Shown: in pieces, positions 1 through 11,935 of the stretch
Layout of the letters: every line of letters begins with the position of its first letter
Position numbering within the stretch: position 1 is the first letter of the stretch
Assembly (NCBI RefSeq): GCF_004010195.1
Contig: NC_057758.1
Coordinates: 7,480,630-7,528,350 of the forward strand
Source of the DNA: Chiloscyllium plagiosum
Taxonomy: Eukaryota
Direction of reading: 5' to 3'
DNA length: 47,721 nucleotides
The notes under the pieces: model-generated
Database searches by the model: none
What the model was told of the DNA's origin: nothing
Seen by the model: the letters and a program-made list of their open reading frames with translations, nothing else
Program-made: the position numbers and the translations under genes

Positions 1-457
1 TATTGTTCTGGAAACAGATACATAATGATTTCAGTTGGAAAAAAAATGAGTTCAATGGGACAGTATACTTGTAATCGAAACATATTTCACAAAGTCTCAC
101 ACTATGAGCGTGGACCTATTCATTCATCGAGTACCCCCATAGTGGAGCATGAGACAGATTTCTGATGGATGTAAGTTTGCTCACTGAGCTGGAAGATTTG
201 TGATCTTCAAAGCAGCAGAAAACCAATTATGATGCATTGATGGGTTTGCTTCTCTTGGACAAGCACAATTCCATTACAGGAAGGTAATATGAATTGGGGA
301 ATATTGAACAGCCGTCACCATTATTCTGTACTTTGGAAATTTTGTGCAGTGTTCAAGTAGAGACCTTTAAGCTATATTCTAATTTGAACACGGAAGGTGG
401 AGATCTTGTGGAAGTGCCACATTCTGAACTTTATGCCGCAATCATCACTAAATTCAC

Positions 458-748
458 AAAAATAAATGATCCAACAGAGGAAATCGATTGATTTACTTCT
501 GAACGATGAGAGTTCCCTTTGATATTGCGGGAAGAATAAAAGATTGGAGAAGAGCGATGGAGATGGCCGTGGAACCATATGGAAGCATCGAATCAAGTGA
601 TGTGAAATTGATTAATGCTCAGAAAATGTCAATATCTAGTTTATATCCTGTTATGTTCCCACGACGTATTAAAAATATTAATCATCTGTGTTAATCTCTG
701 CGTCTTGGTATCAATTCTTTACGAACGCAGGACACGTGACATCCGATT
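458..748 (-). pseudogene. Exon remnant: FN3 domain
   Basis: Acceptor tttaaatag; GNITGYKLDI / NQFHIT...RNIKGNSHRSEVNQSI match FN3 'ITGY.LE' and 'A.N..G.S.PSE'. About 290 nt to a gtgaat donor. Confidence 0.55.
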
Positions 749-1264
749 CTATTTAAAGTTGTGCACCGGAACGAAGATTAATCAAGATGAGAAAGTGCTG
801 TTAATAAATCACTGCATCTAATTAGATTAAAAGTAAATGACGTGTGAAACTGAATGCACTCATCCACACATGCGCAAAGCTAACCTATAATTTCTCTTCG
901 TATAAAAAGCCGACTGATATGATGTGTTTTTGTCCATTTTTCATCGCACACAGGACAATCTAACATTGATAACCTCCAACAAGACCTATTATCAGGGAGT
1001 TTACCCTTTCCTGTCTCAAGCTCTCTCTCTCTCTCTCACACACACACATTCGCAGACACTGATCCCTGCGAGTGAGAATCAAATAAACAAGACAGGCATT
1101 TTCAGCAAAAAAAGTAGCATTGATAAAAATGAAATTTTGGTACCAGTAACAACATCATGTTGTCGGTAATAGAATGACCAACAAATACTATATGAAGTAA
1201 CTGTGCATATCAAAAGCCAATGCATATAGACAATTAAACAATTTCTAAACTTATAAACACTTAC

Positions 1265-1513
1265 CAGGAATACTAATAATAGTAAGGATCGGATAAAGTA
1301 TTTGACTGACAACTCGTACAGTACTATGCATTTTCTCTGCGAAATTTCTGTGTTGTTTTGTACTGCAGACTGTTTTCCAAGTCCAACTCTGAAATGTTCC
1401 ATACCAGAGCATTCATTTTATACTTTCAGCGGCATCCATTGGGACACGGAAGTGTTTTGTTTTTCTCATTTGGTAAATTTTGAGTAAACAGATTACAACA
1501 TGCGTGACATCCC
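1265..1513 (-). pseudogene. Exon remnant: probable I-set Ig domain
   Basis: Acceptor tttttcatcaacag, perfect donor CCTG|gtaagt, phase 1; FRVPMDAAESIK*MLW / FRRENA*YCT...SNTL. An alternative GPCR reading is listed under rejected. Confidence 0.45.
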
Positions 1514-1592
1514 CTGTTGATGAAAAACACAGGGTGTTGAGATTTAATTAGAGCCTGAAACACTCCAAATGGCCAAGTCTGATCAGTTTAAA

Positions 1593-1797
1593 GTCGATAG
1601 TGTGGTGCTGGAAAAGCACAACAGGTCAGACAGCATCCCAGGAGCAGGAAAATCGACAGTTCGGGCAAAAGCCCTTCATCAGATTCCTGCTCAAAACGTC
1701 GATCTTCCTCTTCCTCTGTGCTGCCTGAACCGCTTTGTTTTTCCAACACCACATTCGTGACCCGACTCACCAGCATCTGCAGACTTCACTTTCTCCT
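1593..1797. mobile_element. Fold-back PLE 3'-end mini-element with degenerate HHR and 14-bp TSD
   Basis: Two inverted arms meet near 1683. TSD ctgatcagtttaaa at 1579-1592 and 1796-1809. Minus arm reads CTGATGA-A-GGGC-TTTT-GCCC-GAAC. Confidence 0.85.
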
Positions 1798-2109
1798 GAT
1801 CAGTTTAAAATATCCTCACACTTGTAAACTGCAAAACTACAACATGAGTTCAAGATCTGTATTTTATATTGTTCTAGTGCTGGATCTAACGAATCCAGTT
1901 AAACAAATTAGAACCTCAAGATAAGCACATTAAGATATTCATAGCCCAGCAAGTGACTTTTCACCCTGTACTGTCATTCACAGCTCTCTGCGGGTTTCAC
2001 TCCGCTGAGCTCACTCACCCGCTTTCTTCTTTTTCTCCTGAACATTATCCATAGCTGCTTGTTTAACTCGCTTTTGAGTAAATTTGTTATAGCTGCATTT
2101 TTCCCAGTT

Positions 2110-2409
2110 ATGTTTCTGGATTCACTTGGGACAAGATGTAATTAGATGGTTCCCCAGTGCCACCTTTGCTTGACTAATGTATAAAATTTAGCTCCATGCG
2201 TTTTTTCACATGTACACATGTGGGAGCAATGCCTCTTTGTTTGTAACGTGTGAACCCCAAATTGTAGTTATCACATCTGTCAGTTTTCTGGTTCACGAAT
2301 TGAATCCCTTCTTCAATGATGTACCTGGTTTACAGCAGCAGCTACTTCCAAAACTGACCGATGGAGCGTTGGATGTTCACGTGGAACAACCATATAATGC
2401 ACTCGATGT
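2110..2409 (-). pseudogene. Exon remnant: FN3 domain
   Basis: Acceptor tttttttacag, phase 1 (D); NIQRSIGQFWK*...RYIIEE...DRC...TRYKQRGIAP...KGGTGEPSN in a single frame with internal stops. Confidence 0.62.
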
Positions 2410-2530
2410 CTGTAAAAAAATGCACATACATGTGCATCGTTTCAAGATTTAAGTCTCTGGACAACTTGATTGCAGTGACTTCAGGGCCTAGACAGTAGAT
2501 GGTAAAATAAAAGCCTTTATTATCCTAATC

Positions 2531-2790
2531 CTATGGAGTCCTCAAACACAGACGCAGTCTGTGGTAACCTCTGAAAAGAGGACCCAGGGCCTGCGAAATT
2601 CACTGCAAACACAGTGTATTCCTGTGCTTTAAATCTCCATCGCCAGTCGTTCTGAACTACCACGATTCCAAAGTGCTCCTTCATTCTTTCAGACTGTACG
2701 AAGCTACAAAAGGTGGGGTGCTCAGCCTCCATCATCATGGAAACCTGCCTACTATCCATATATTACATCTATACGGCTGCCAACATTTCC
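2531..2790 (-). pseudogene. Exon remnant: titin/IGFN1-type FN3 domain
   Basis: HDDGG*AP...KNEGALWNR in one frame, then QEYTVFAVNFAGPGS...VFEDSI(G) in ORF 2520..2759. These are the hallmark FN3 DGG, W, AxNxxGxG and DPI motifs. Donor position reads ga rather than gt. Confidence 0.68.
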
Positions 2791-3219
2791 CTGCCAATAC
2801 TGAACTTTTAAATTGACTACTTTGCCTCAAATAATGACGATCTTGCTAACATTGGTCTGGCAGAGTGTGGAAATACAATGACTCTACCTCAGTCGTCTTG
2901 ATCTGTACATTCTCGCTTACTATCATCTGCCTGTCCTGCTCACAAAAAACCTTTCACTGTACTTCTGTACACGTGACAAGAAATCAAAAAATCAAGACGA
3001 CGCCTTTTGCAGGATCTGAACTAGAGGATTAAGAAATGAGTCAAAAAGATGCAAAGATGTAGAATTGTACGGCACAGAAACAGACACTTAGGTGTCAAAC
3101 TTGCTCTTGCCCAGATATCCTTAATTCATTGAGCCACTTTGCCAGCAACACAAACAGAAACTGCTGAAAAGAGCTCAGCACGTCTGGCAGCACTTGTGGA
3201 GCTAAGTCGGAGTTAATAT

Positions 3220-3685
3220 GGCACCCCGCTTATCTTAGGCCTCCAGTCTGAAATAGAACCTTCCACCACCACCTTGTCTCCCACCTTCAAGGCAATTTTA
3301 TATCCAAGTGATTAGCTCTGCTGGATTCCATGTGATCAAACCTTGCTATCCGGTCTGCTATGCATAACCTGACAAAAAGCCTTGCTAAAGTCCATTTGCA
3401 CAAATCCCTGGTCAGCCTTCATCAATCCTCATTGTCACTTCTTCAAAAAGTCAGTCATGCTCATGAGACATGATTTCACCCGCACAAAACCATGTGGACT
3501 GCTCATAATTAGTTCTTGCCTATCCAAATACATGTAAATCCTGTATCTAAGGATTCCCTCCAACAATCTACCTACCACTGACACCAGGATGACTGGTGTC
3601 TACTTTCCTGCAATTTCCTTACCACCTTTCTTAATTATTGACATCACGTTCGCCAATCTCCAGTCTTCCAGCGCCTCACCTGTGT
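3220..3685 (-). mobile_element. CR1-clade LINE RT fragment
   Basis: Reverse strand shows degraded ORF2 motifs (SPHGFVRVKSCL, DFSKAF, WI.NCL). Confidence 0.75.
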
Positions 3686-3689
3686 TACA

Positions 3690-5095
3690 AATACAGGAGT
3701 AGTGCGGGATAATTGGAAGGTGGCAAATGTTATTCTCTTGTTCAAGAAAGCGAATAGGGTTAATGCTGGGAATTACAGGCCAGTCTCTCTTACGTCAGCG
3801 ATGGGCAAATACTGGAATGGATTCTGAGAGACATAATTACTTGAAAAACCGTAGTTTGTTCAGAGATAGTCAGCATGGCTTTGTGAGAGGAAGGTCATGC
3901 CTCACAAACCCTATTGTATTCTTTGCGGATGTGACAAAACACGTTAATGAGGGTAGAAGTGTATATGGATTTTCGCAAGGCATTTGATAAGTTTGCCCTG
4001 ATATTTGATGTTGTAGGGTCATTCAGAAAGTAAGGAGGTTTGGCATACAGGGAAATCTAGCTGAATACAGAATTGCCTGGCCCGTACAAGACAGAGGGTG
4101 GTAGTAGATGGAAAGTGTTCAGCCTGGAGCTCAGTTCCTGCAAGTAAATGGTGTTCCACAGGGATAGGTTCTGGGGCGGTGCTTTTTATAAATGACTTCG
4201 ACGAGGAAGAGGAAGGACGAGTTAGGAAGTTTGCCGATGACACGAACATTAATGGAGTTGTGGATAGTGTGAAGAACTGTAGTATTTTGCAAAGGGACAT
4301 TGACAGGATGCAGAACTGGCCTGATAAGTGGCAGATAGAGTACAACCTGGAAAAGTGTGAAGTGATTCACTTTGGAAAATCAAAGCTAAATGCTGAAATC
4401 AGGATTAATGGCAGGTTATTGGCAGTGTGAGGAACACGGAATCTCGGGCTCCATGTCCACAGATCCATCAAAGTTGCCACCCAAGTTGATTGAAAGTGTA
4501 AGGTATGATGGTTTTCATTAGCGGGGGAAGGAGTGTAAGAGTCGCGAGGTTATGGTGCAGCTCTGTAGAGCCCTGTTTAGACACACTTTGGATAATGTTT
4601 AAAGTTCTGTTCGCCTGTTAATAGGAAAGATGTGGAAGCTTTAGAGAGGGTGCAGAGAAGGTTTACCAGGATGCTGCCTGGACTGGAGGGCATGTCTTCA
4701 GAAGAAAGTTTGAGGAAGCTAGGGCTTTTTTGATTGAAGAAGGATGAGATATGATTTGATAGAGATGTACAAGATGTTGAGAGGCGTGCATCGAATAGAG
4801 AGCCAGAAACGTTTTCCAATGGTGGAAATGTCTATGATGAGGAATTGAAATTTTAAAGCAATTGGAAGAAGGTTTAAGGAGAGGTAGATTCTTTACTCAG
4901 AGTGCTGGGTGCGTGGAATGCGCTGCCAGCAGTAGTTTTAGAGTCAGATTCATTTACGTGACTCTTGGATAGGCATATGGATGGGAATACTTGAAGGGCT
5001 TGTAGGATAGTCTGAACTTAGAGTTTAATAAAAGGCCAGCACAACATCGAAGGGCAGGAGGCCTGTACTGCACTGCCCTGTTATGTGTTCTTGAA
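3690..5095 (+). mobile_element. CR1-clade LINE, RT region to 3' end, decayed
   Basis: SQHGFVRGRSCLTN, FINDFDE...KFADDT, LQRDIDRMQNW, KCEVIHFG, then a CR1-type 3' UTR. Confidence 0.9.
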
Positions 5096-7825
5096 ACTTT
5101 CGGCGAGATAGAAAGGGTTGTAATGCAATGGGGTGGGGGAAAAGCGAAGCATTACTGATGGAGGAGAATGTCACAGCTGATATAAGAATGAGCAACTTGA
5201 AGGACCCATTTAGCGAGGTCATATGGCGAGATCTGAGGACGAGGAAAGATGCAGTCACTGTGATGGGGTTATATGACAGGCTTCCTAAAAGCCAATGGGA
5301 GGAAGAGGAACACATATGTAAGCAGTTCAACAACAGAGTTGTTGTTTTGGGTAATTTTAATTTCCCCAATATTGACTAGGACTCTCTTCGCGCTAGCCAC
5401 TGATATGAATTATGTGTATCCATGAGGAATTCTTAAAAACGTGTGCAGATCTTCCAAGTAGTGAAGGGCTGTCCCGCATCTTATACTGGGGAATGAGCCT
5501 GGCAAGGTGATAAATGTATCAGTGAGGGTGAATTTCGGAAACAAGATCATATATCTGCAAGTTCTAAAGTTGTTATGGATAAGGATAAGATGGTTTCTCC
5601 GTCAAATTGCTAAATTTGTGCAAGTCTAATTACAACAGTATGAGGCAAGAAGTGGAGAAACTTCTCCAAGTGGGAGTTTGAGGGTAAATCCACATCTGAC
5701 ATGTGGGAATCTTTTAAAGTCCAGTGGATCAAATTTCAGGAGTAGCATGTTCCTGTGAAGATGAAAGATATAAATTGTAAGATTTGGCAACCTTGAATGA
5801 CGAGACATGTTGAAACGTTAGGCAAATAAAAAAGAATGCATGTAATGGAATTTAAGCTTTATGGAACTGAAATCCAGGTCGGCCTGAGAAGTTGTTGGAG
5901 AGAACTGAACCAAGTTATTGGAAGGGTCATGAAAAAGCTTTTGCAAGTAGAATTCAAGACAATGCCCAAGTCATGTTATACACAGATTTGGGGCAAGAGG
6001 GTAACTTGGGAAAGGTTTGTTCTGCTCAAGGACAAAGGAGGGGAATATGAAGAGGTAGTTGATGAGTACTTTGCATTGGTTTTCACTCAGGAGAAAGACT
6101 TGGATTCTGATAAGATTATGGAGGCACATGTTGATATTCTGGGGAATGTCAATATTGTTGTGGTGGTAGTATTGCGTGTTTTGAAACACATAGCTAAGAT
6201 AGCTAAGTCCCCAAGACTTGATAGAATCTAACTCAGAACACTGAAGGTAGCAAGGGAGGAAATTGCTGGGGCCTTGAGAGAGATTTGTTTTGTATCCCCT
6301 TTAATAACAGACAAGGCCCAGAAGACTGGCGTATGCTGTTCCTTTGTTGAGGAAGCGCAACCCAGTACATGATTGGTCGCTAAATCTTTAATCACTCGGA
6401 GGGAAATTATTGGCGAAGGTTCTTTGACAGCGGATTTATTCAGATTTAGGGAAGAATGGACATTAGATAAAATCAGCTGTCTTTATGCAGGGGAGGCCCT
6501 GCCTCACAAACTAGATTTTTTGAGGAAGTGACAAAGATGATTAATGAGGGTAGAGCAGTAGATATTGTCTGCATGGATTTTACTATAGAATGTGACAAGG
6601 CTCCTCATGATAAGCCGATCCAGAAGATTGCGTTAAATGGAATGGACGGCAGGTTGGAAAGTTGGATACAAAATTAACTTGACTACAGAAGAGATTGCAG
6701 CTGTGGAGGGCTGGTTTTCTCCCTGGAGGTCTGTGACCTGGTGTTCTGTGAGGGTCAGTGCTGCGACATTGGCTGGTTGTTCCTCATTATTGATGAAAAT
6801 TGCAGGAGGTCTGATTAGCACGTTTGCAAGGTCTGTGGATAGTATGGGAGGTTACCGAAGGATACTGCAGTACAGAGCAGTTGGAACATTGAGTAGCGAA
6901 ATGGCAGGTGGAGTTTAATCTGGACAAGTGTGAGGTGATGAATTTTGGGAGGCAAATGCAAGAGTAAATACAGCAAATTGCAGGACTCTGAATTGCATTG
7001 ATATCCAGCGGGATCTTGTGGTGCAGAAAAGTTGCAACCCAATGAACAAGGTGATAAAGAAGGCCTGTGGCATGCTGTCCTTCATCAGTCAGGGCTTTGA
7101 GTTCGCATTTTTCAGTTGTATAAAACTTTAACGAGTCCACCTTTGGATTACTGCGTGTAGTGAGATTGTGCAGGCTTTGGAGAGAGGCCAAGAAACGTTT
7201 AACAAGATGTTGTCTGAATTAGAGTAAATTAGCTAAAAGGAAAGTCTGCAAATGGTCTCTCCACCCCGGAGGCTCCCTGCCTCATTCCTGATGAAGAGCC
7301 TTTGCCTGAAATGACGATCTTCCTGCTCTTCGGATGCTGCTTGACCTGCTGTGATTTTCCAGCACCACTCTAATCCAGATTCTGATCTCCAGTATCTGCA
7401 GTCCTCACTTTCGCCTGCACAAACTTGCAGTGTATTCACTCCAACGTCAAAATTTGAGGGACAAATTGATAGAAACATATAAAATGCTGAGAGGAAGAGA
7501 TAGGGTAGTTAGCCAGTCTTTTCTCCACGTGGATGTGTCAAATAATAGGGAACAAAGGATTAACATGAGAAGATAAGGTATAAAGGAGATGACGATAACG
7601 TTTTTTTAAAAAAAGAAGGTGGTCCGTGCCTGGGCCCTGAAACCAGGGAAGGTGGGAAAATCAGACATGATCGCAATGACTAAGAGGCATTTGGACAGAC
7701 ATGTGAAAAGGCAGGGGATAAAGGGATAGGGATAATGTGCAGGCAGGTGGAATTAGTTTGGATTGACAGCACGACCGGCACAAATGTACTGGGACAAAGG
7801 TCCTTATCCTTCTGTGTCCTGTAAA
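5096..7825 (+). mobile_element. CR1-clade LINE ORF2 (APE endonuclease, RT, 3' end), decayed and interrupted by a PLE fragment at ~7255-7415
   Basis: VVLGNFNFPNID (EN), DEYFALVFTQEKD, KSPRLDRI, RT remnants and 3' tail. Confidence 0.85.
7255..7415 (+). mobile_element. PLE 3'-end fragment with degenerate HHR
   Basis: cattcCTGATGAagagcctttgcctGAAAtgac at 7283-7315, followed by the family tail ...gcagtcctcactttc. Confidence 0.8.
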
Positions 7826-7919
7826 CAAAAGAACATTTCATTGGGGTGTGTGTTACACAGTGGAAAGTAACCGAGAGGCAGAGAGGTGATTTCTATAAAA
7901 TAACAAATACTCAAGAGTG

Positions 7920-8264
7920 AGTTATAAATTGAAATCTGACTGAGAGTTTCATATTTGACAATTGGCCCACGACCGTGCAGTATTTTTGTTACACATTCTA
8001 TTTATCCATAAATATACAGTCTGATCACTCTTTCCATGTGGCTATCAGATAGAAAGTGTCATTGACGGTGCCCCTCTGCTGTTAGGGCCTGTTCGGAACG
8101 GTGCAGTGTTCTCTTGCCCATGCCCAACCCCAGTCTCCTCCCTTTCCACTGACTCCACACTGACTGGTCCAGGAATGAGTTTCTCTTCATTCCATGGACA
8201 TGCAGGAAGATCTTGTACTGATGATCGGCGGGCTTTTCACGATGTTCTGACATTACAAGGCAAT
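7920..8264 (-). pseudogene. Possible exon remnant: FN3 domain, heavily decayed
   Basis: Acceptor ttctgtttccag, phase 1 (D); CQNIV...SSCMSME*R and YCTVVG...VRFQF are weakly FN3-like. 3' boundary uncertain. Confidence 0.3.
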
Positions 8265-8549
8265 CTGGAAACAGAATACTGAGTGAGTTCCCATACAATC
8301 ACAGACATGGAAGGCCAGAGAATCAGAGTATGTGTGTGACTGACAGAGAGAGAATGTGAGAGTGTGAGGGTGTGTACATGTTTGTGCGCATATGCATGGC
8401 TGGCTATAGTCACACAACAGTCCGTGCAAAAGTATGTATCCACACTGACATATGACAGGTCCAATATGAATCAGATGGTATTTAAGAGGCACTTTCACCC
8501 ATCAAGTTTGTGTCAACAAAACAATGCTGCTCCGAGGCAGGGTCAGGCG

Positions 8550-9420
8550 GATGGCGGGGTGGGGGTGTGGGTGGGGGATGTTGCAGAACTTGCAAATGTA
8601 GATTGGAGAGGGCAAGAACAACGGGTGGATGGTTCTGGGGTAGGGTAGGGCATGAGAACATTAGGGGGACCCAGCACGAGAGCGACTGAGGGACGGAGCA
8701 CAGTGTGAGGGAAACAGGATTTGTGGGGTAAGGGGGTTGAATGGGGTTAGCAGGGATGGACAGCGATGGCAGGGGAGGGCGGGCAGAGGTCGACAGCGAT
8801 TGGCGAGGGGCAGAGCGCGAGAGGAACTGCGGGGTTTGGGGCTGTGGGAGGAGGGCAGACTGTGGGAGCAATATGGTGTGGGTGAAATGGGGTAGCAGAG
8901 AGGGACAGCAGGGGAGGGCAGGCAGAGGTCGAGACCAACTCGAGAGGTGTGGCAGTAAGAAAGTGAGAGTGACGGGTGTGCGAGTGATAGAAGGGCCGAG
9001 CAATGGCGGGGGAAGAGAATAGCGTAAGAACCACATGACAGGAAGGGTCACAGCGCAAGAAGGTGTGACAGAGGGTGACAGCAATGGGCGGTAGGAAAGA
9101 AGGCGAGAGTGAGGGCGAAGGGTGTCGGGGAGTGAGCAAAAGAGAGAGACAGAGACAAAGAGAGACTTAAAGAGAGAGACAGAGACAGAGAGAGACCAAA
9201 GTGGCAGGATGTGGACAGAGCACGAGGAGAGAGGGAGAAAAGGGGAGAAGAAAAGGAATTAAGATAACCAAGGATAGGAGATTTAATTTTTGTAAATGAT
9301 ACAGGGCTATGCGGAGAGAGCGGAGCAGGCAGATTAGTTTGGGGATTGATAATGGACGATAGGAAGAGAGAAGGGGCAGTGCAATTCGTTTGCCGATTGA
9401 TACAGGGATGTGAAAGGAAG
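8550..9420 (+). repeat. Purine/G-rich low-complexity tract including (GA/GACA)n
   Basis: Visible G+A skew, G-runs at 8553-8578, GAGA/GACA repeats at 9140-9200; a further (GA)n run at 9649-9680. Confidence 0.7.
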
Positions 9421-9437
9421 CGGACAAAATGACTCAC

Positions 9438-9634
9438 CACTCTCATTGACATTTGGTAGATTTCACCCAGACAACAGACCATGATTGTAATCTCTCCGGG
9501 AAAAGTCAAACAACCGTCGGGAAAACAGTTGTTAAAACACTCACAGGCTCCATGCCTTCATTATTGCACTTTACCCTCGTCTTCACGGACTCGAGTGGAA
9601 ACTTTTGAGCTGCTTCATGTTCCTGCCTGCTTCC
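9438..9634 (-). pseudogene. Exon remnant: second exon of a split Ig domain (197 nt)
   Basis: (TC)n...ttgcag acceptor, donor GTG|gtgagt; GSRQ...VKTRVKCNNE...FPT / GEITIMV...GEIYQMSMRV versus IGFN1 'GSP.P...V.KRV...N.E.....IPT....SG.YTIMV....GQE.F..EIRV'. Confidence 0.65.
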
Positions 9635-9645
9635 CTGCAATGGAG

Positions 9646-9684
<39 letters not shown>

Positions 9685-9970
9685 GAAAAAGAGAGACAGA
9701 GAGTTAAGTGGGATACAACCTCATTTACAAATCGTGACAGTGACAAAAAAAAAATACGAAAGACGGGGGAGGGACACGGAGTGAAACAGGAACTGAGACA
9801 GAAAGACAGAGGGAGAGAAGAATGAAATTGGTTCCAGACGGAATGTCAGAACATATGATGGAATGAGTGCGAAAGAACCAGCGAAAGTCAAACACAGAGT
9901 CAGGCAGAGAGTCAGGGATAGACAGAGATAGACTGAATAGAAACACGTAAAAGCAGAAAGGCAGCAGTAC

Positions 9971-10058
9971 CTTGTAGCAACTCAATCTTGCCTGGTCAGC
10001 AGGACGAGTGCTGGGTGAGAAGGTTGGAGATGGCGAGGAGTCTGTAGGACCACTGAAC
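9971..10058 (-). pseudogene. Exon remnant: short first exon of a split Ig domain (88 nt), MyBP-C C8-like
   Basis: Acceptor cctcacag, donor AAG|gtactg; VLQTPRHLQ / RPADQARLSCYK versus MyBP-C 'RLQLPRHLRQ' and IGFN1 'RAGNSARL'. Confidence 0.62.
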
Positions 10059-10099
10059 CTGTGAGGACATACTGTGACACTTGCACATGCGACTAGACG

Positions 10100-10379
10100 A
10101 GGTTTGTCTCGCTGGTTGGCATCGATGTGTTGGACCAAATGATCTGTTTCCATGCTGCATATTTCATTGACTCCAAATACAAGCCCTCGCAAGCTGTTTA
10201 CTGTACTTTTTGCAGTCACCTTAAAACCTCTCGTTCAATCTCTTTTAAAAGATAACCCAGGACAAAATGCTCTCTGAAAGCCACACCATTGGCACACCAG
10301 CAGAGCATCGAGCAGGCTACCTAAGGGGTAAGGTGGTTGTGGAGATTGGAGACGGGTAACGAGGAGTGGACCAGGAAGC
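10100..10379 (-). pseudogene. Exon remnant: FN3 domain (MyBP-C C7-like)
   Basis: LPGP...ISTTTLPLR*PARCSAG / GFQRAFCPG...D* / FKVT...LVFGVNE...LVQHI versus MyBP-C 'VSDTTVSLKWRPPERVGAG..DGY.VEYCPEG..W'. Trp positions are TAG/TGA stops. Confidence 0.6.
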
Positions 10380-11434
10380 CTCGTGTAGTTCAAAAGATTG
10401 CCAAAGCTAATGGGTGAATGGAGTATTAGGGCTGTGGAGAGTACATTTCGCCGGTATGGAGTGTGTTTCCCGCAGTATCCGACATCAAGCACTGGGCTCA
10501 CTCACCAGCCGTTGGAACATCTGTTCCCGTCTTTGGGTTTCTCTGGTTCAGGGTCAAAATCCCAGGGACGTGTGTAAGATACAAGAGCCAGAGAACAGCA
10601 ATTGGGCGTGGGTGGGTGGGTTCAGGGGAGGGGTGAAATAGAGAGAGAGGCACACAGATAGACAGAAATGGAGGAACAGACAGTGACAGAGAGCGCTATC
10701 AATGGACAGGGCACGTTCACGGGATGAGTAGGTGGAGGGTTGATAAAGACGAGGAATGGTGGGATAGGTGGCGTCAATGGGCAAGGGTGAGGGAGCTGAC
10801 GAATAGGGAGACTTGTCAGTGTCTTCAAATCTTTGTGGTTTTCTGTCACGAACTGCGGAACCTATTTGTGTATCTGTGGGTGGTGCACAGCTACGTCAGA
10901 TGAATAGGAGTCCAAGGACTGGCTCCAGGTGAAACTAATTGGTGTGAACAAATTACCAGTTTTCAACAGGGACGGCTTTCCATTTGACAACAATCTCGCG
11001 ATTCATTGTCAAGACACCGAGGGGAGCCTGGGCTGTCAGCAGGGCAGTGAGAAACATCATGAGACCCTAGAGAGGAAGTAGGGTGTGTGTTACCGAAGAT
11101 TGGTTAGGCAGAATATGTCATCCCAAAAGATTGAAGCAGTTCGGGCTGTGCCAGAGAGGTGGGGTTTGTTTGGGGAACGTCAGCAGGTGGCCAGATGCAG
11201 AAGTATGGGGCTGCAAACCTAAAAGGTTGAGGGTATGTGGAGCAGAGACGATGAAGGGTTGGGGAACTGTAAAGGAAGGGATGGGATCATGGGAGGCTGG
11301 GGTGAGAAGGAAGGCAGAGCAGTGCTGCATCAGGAAAGTATCCATCCACTGTAAATGGGGATTGTGAGTATTTTGGTGCCATCCAGGATCCTGCGGTGTT
11401 TGATTCAGGGCTAAGAGACATGGAGAGGGCAGTC

Positions 11435-11580
11435 AATCCTTTCATCAGGAATGTCAGGAAGTGCTTATGGCCGAAATGTCCATTGTCCTGCTGCTCAGAT
11501 GCTGCCTGACGTACTGTGCTTTTTCAGTGCCATAAGTTCGGGCTCGGATCTCCAGCAACTGCAGTCCTCACTTTCCCCTT
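11435..11580 (+). mobile_element. PLE 3'-end fragment with short 5' inversion and degenerate HHR
   Basis: Inverted cctttcatcaggaatg joined to gaagtgcttatggccgaaatgtc and the family tail. Confidence 0.75.
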
Positions 11581-11935
11581 GACCAGATGCTCCAGTGAGT
11601 GCGAAGTGTAATTTGAGTTTTGTAAGGCAACCCTAGCCAAGACTTGTACAGTTAATAATGGGACTCGAGAGACGAGGGTGAAGAAGATGTTTGGAATGGT
11701 TGGCTTCATTGGTCAGAACATAGAATCTAGGAGTTGGGATGTCATGTTGCGTCTGTACAGGACACTAGTGAGGCCACATTTGGAATACTGCATTCAATTC
11801 TGGTCTCCCAGGTAATGGAGAAATGTTGTTAAGTGCAGAAGACATTTAAGAATGTTGAGGGTGGATTTGAGCTATGAGCAGGGGAACAATAGGCTGGCGT
11901 GATTGTCCCTGGAGTGTTAGATGCTGAGAGGTAAT
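11581..11935 (+). mobile_element. CR1-clade LINE C-terminal fragment
   Basis: Reads as LYRTLVRPHLEYCIQFWSP. Confidence 0.8.

Noticed and set aside
1265..1331. MHSTVRVVSQILYPILTIISIP|gtaagt resembles exon 1 of shark GPR139-like GPCR genes
   Set aside because: No 7TM second exon is visible downstream in the window. The segment lies within a larger acceptor-bounded unit between FN3 exons that carries Ig-like motifs. It cannot be fully excluded.
8482..9509. Pro/Ser/Leu-rich ORFs of 130-200 aa
   Set aside because: Products of low-complexity purine-skewed DNA; no domain signature apart from the overlapped exon end.
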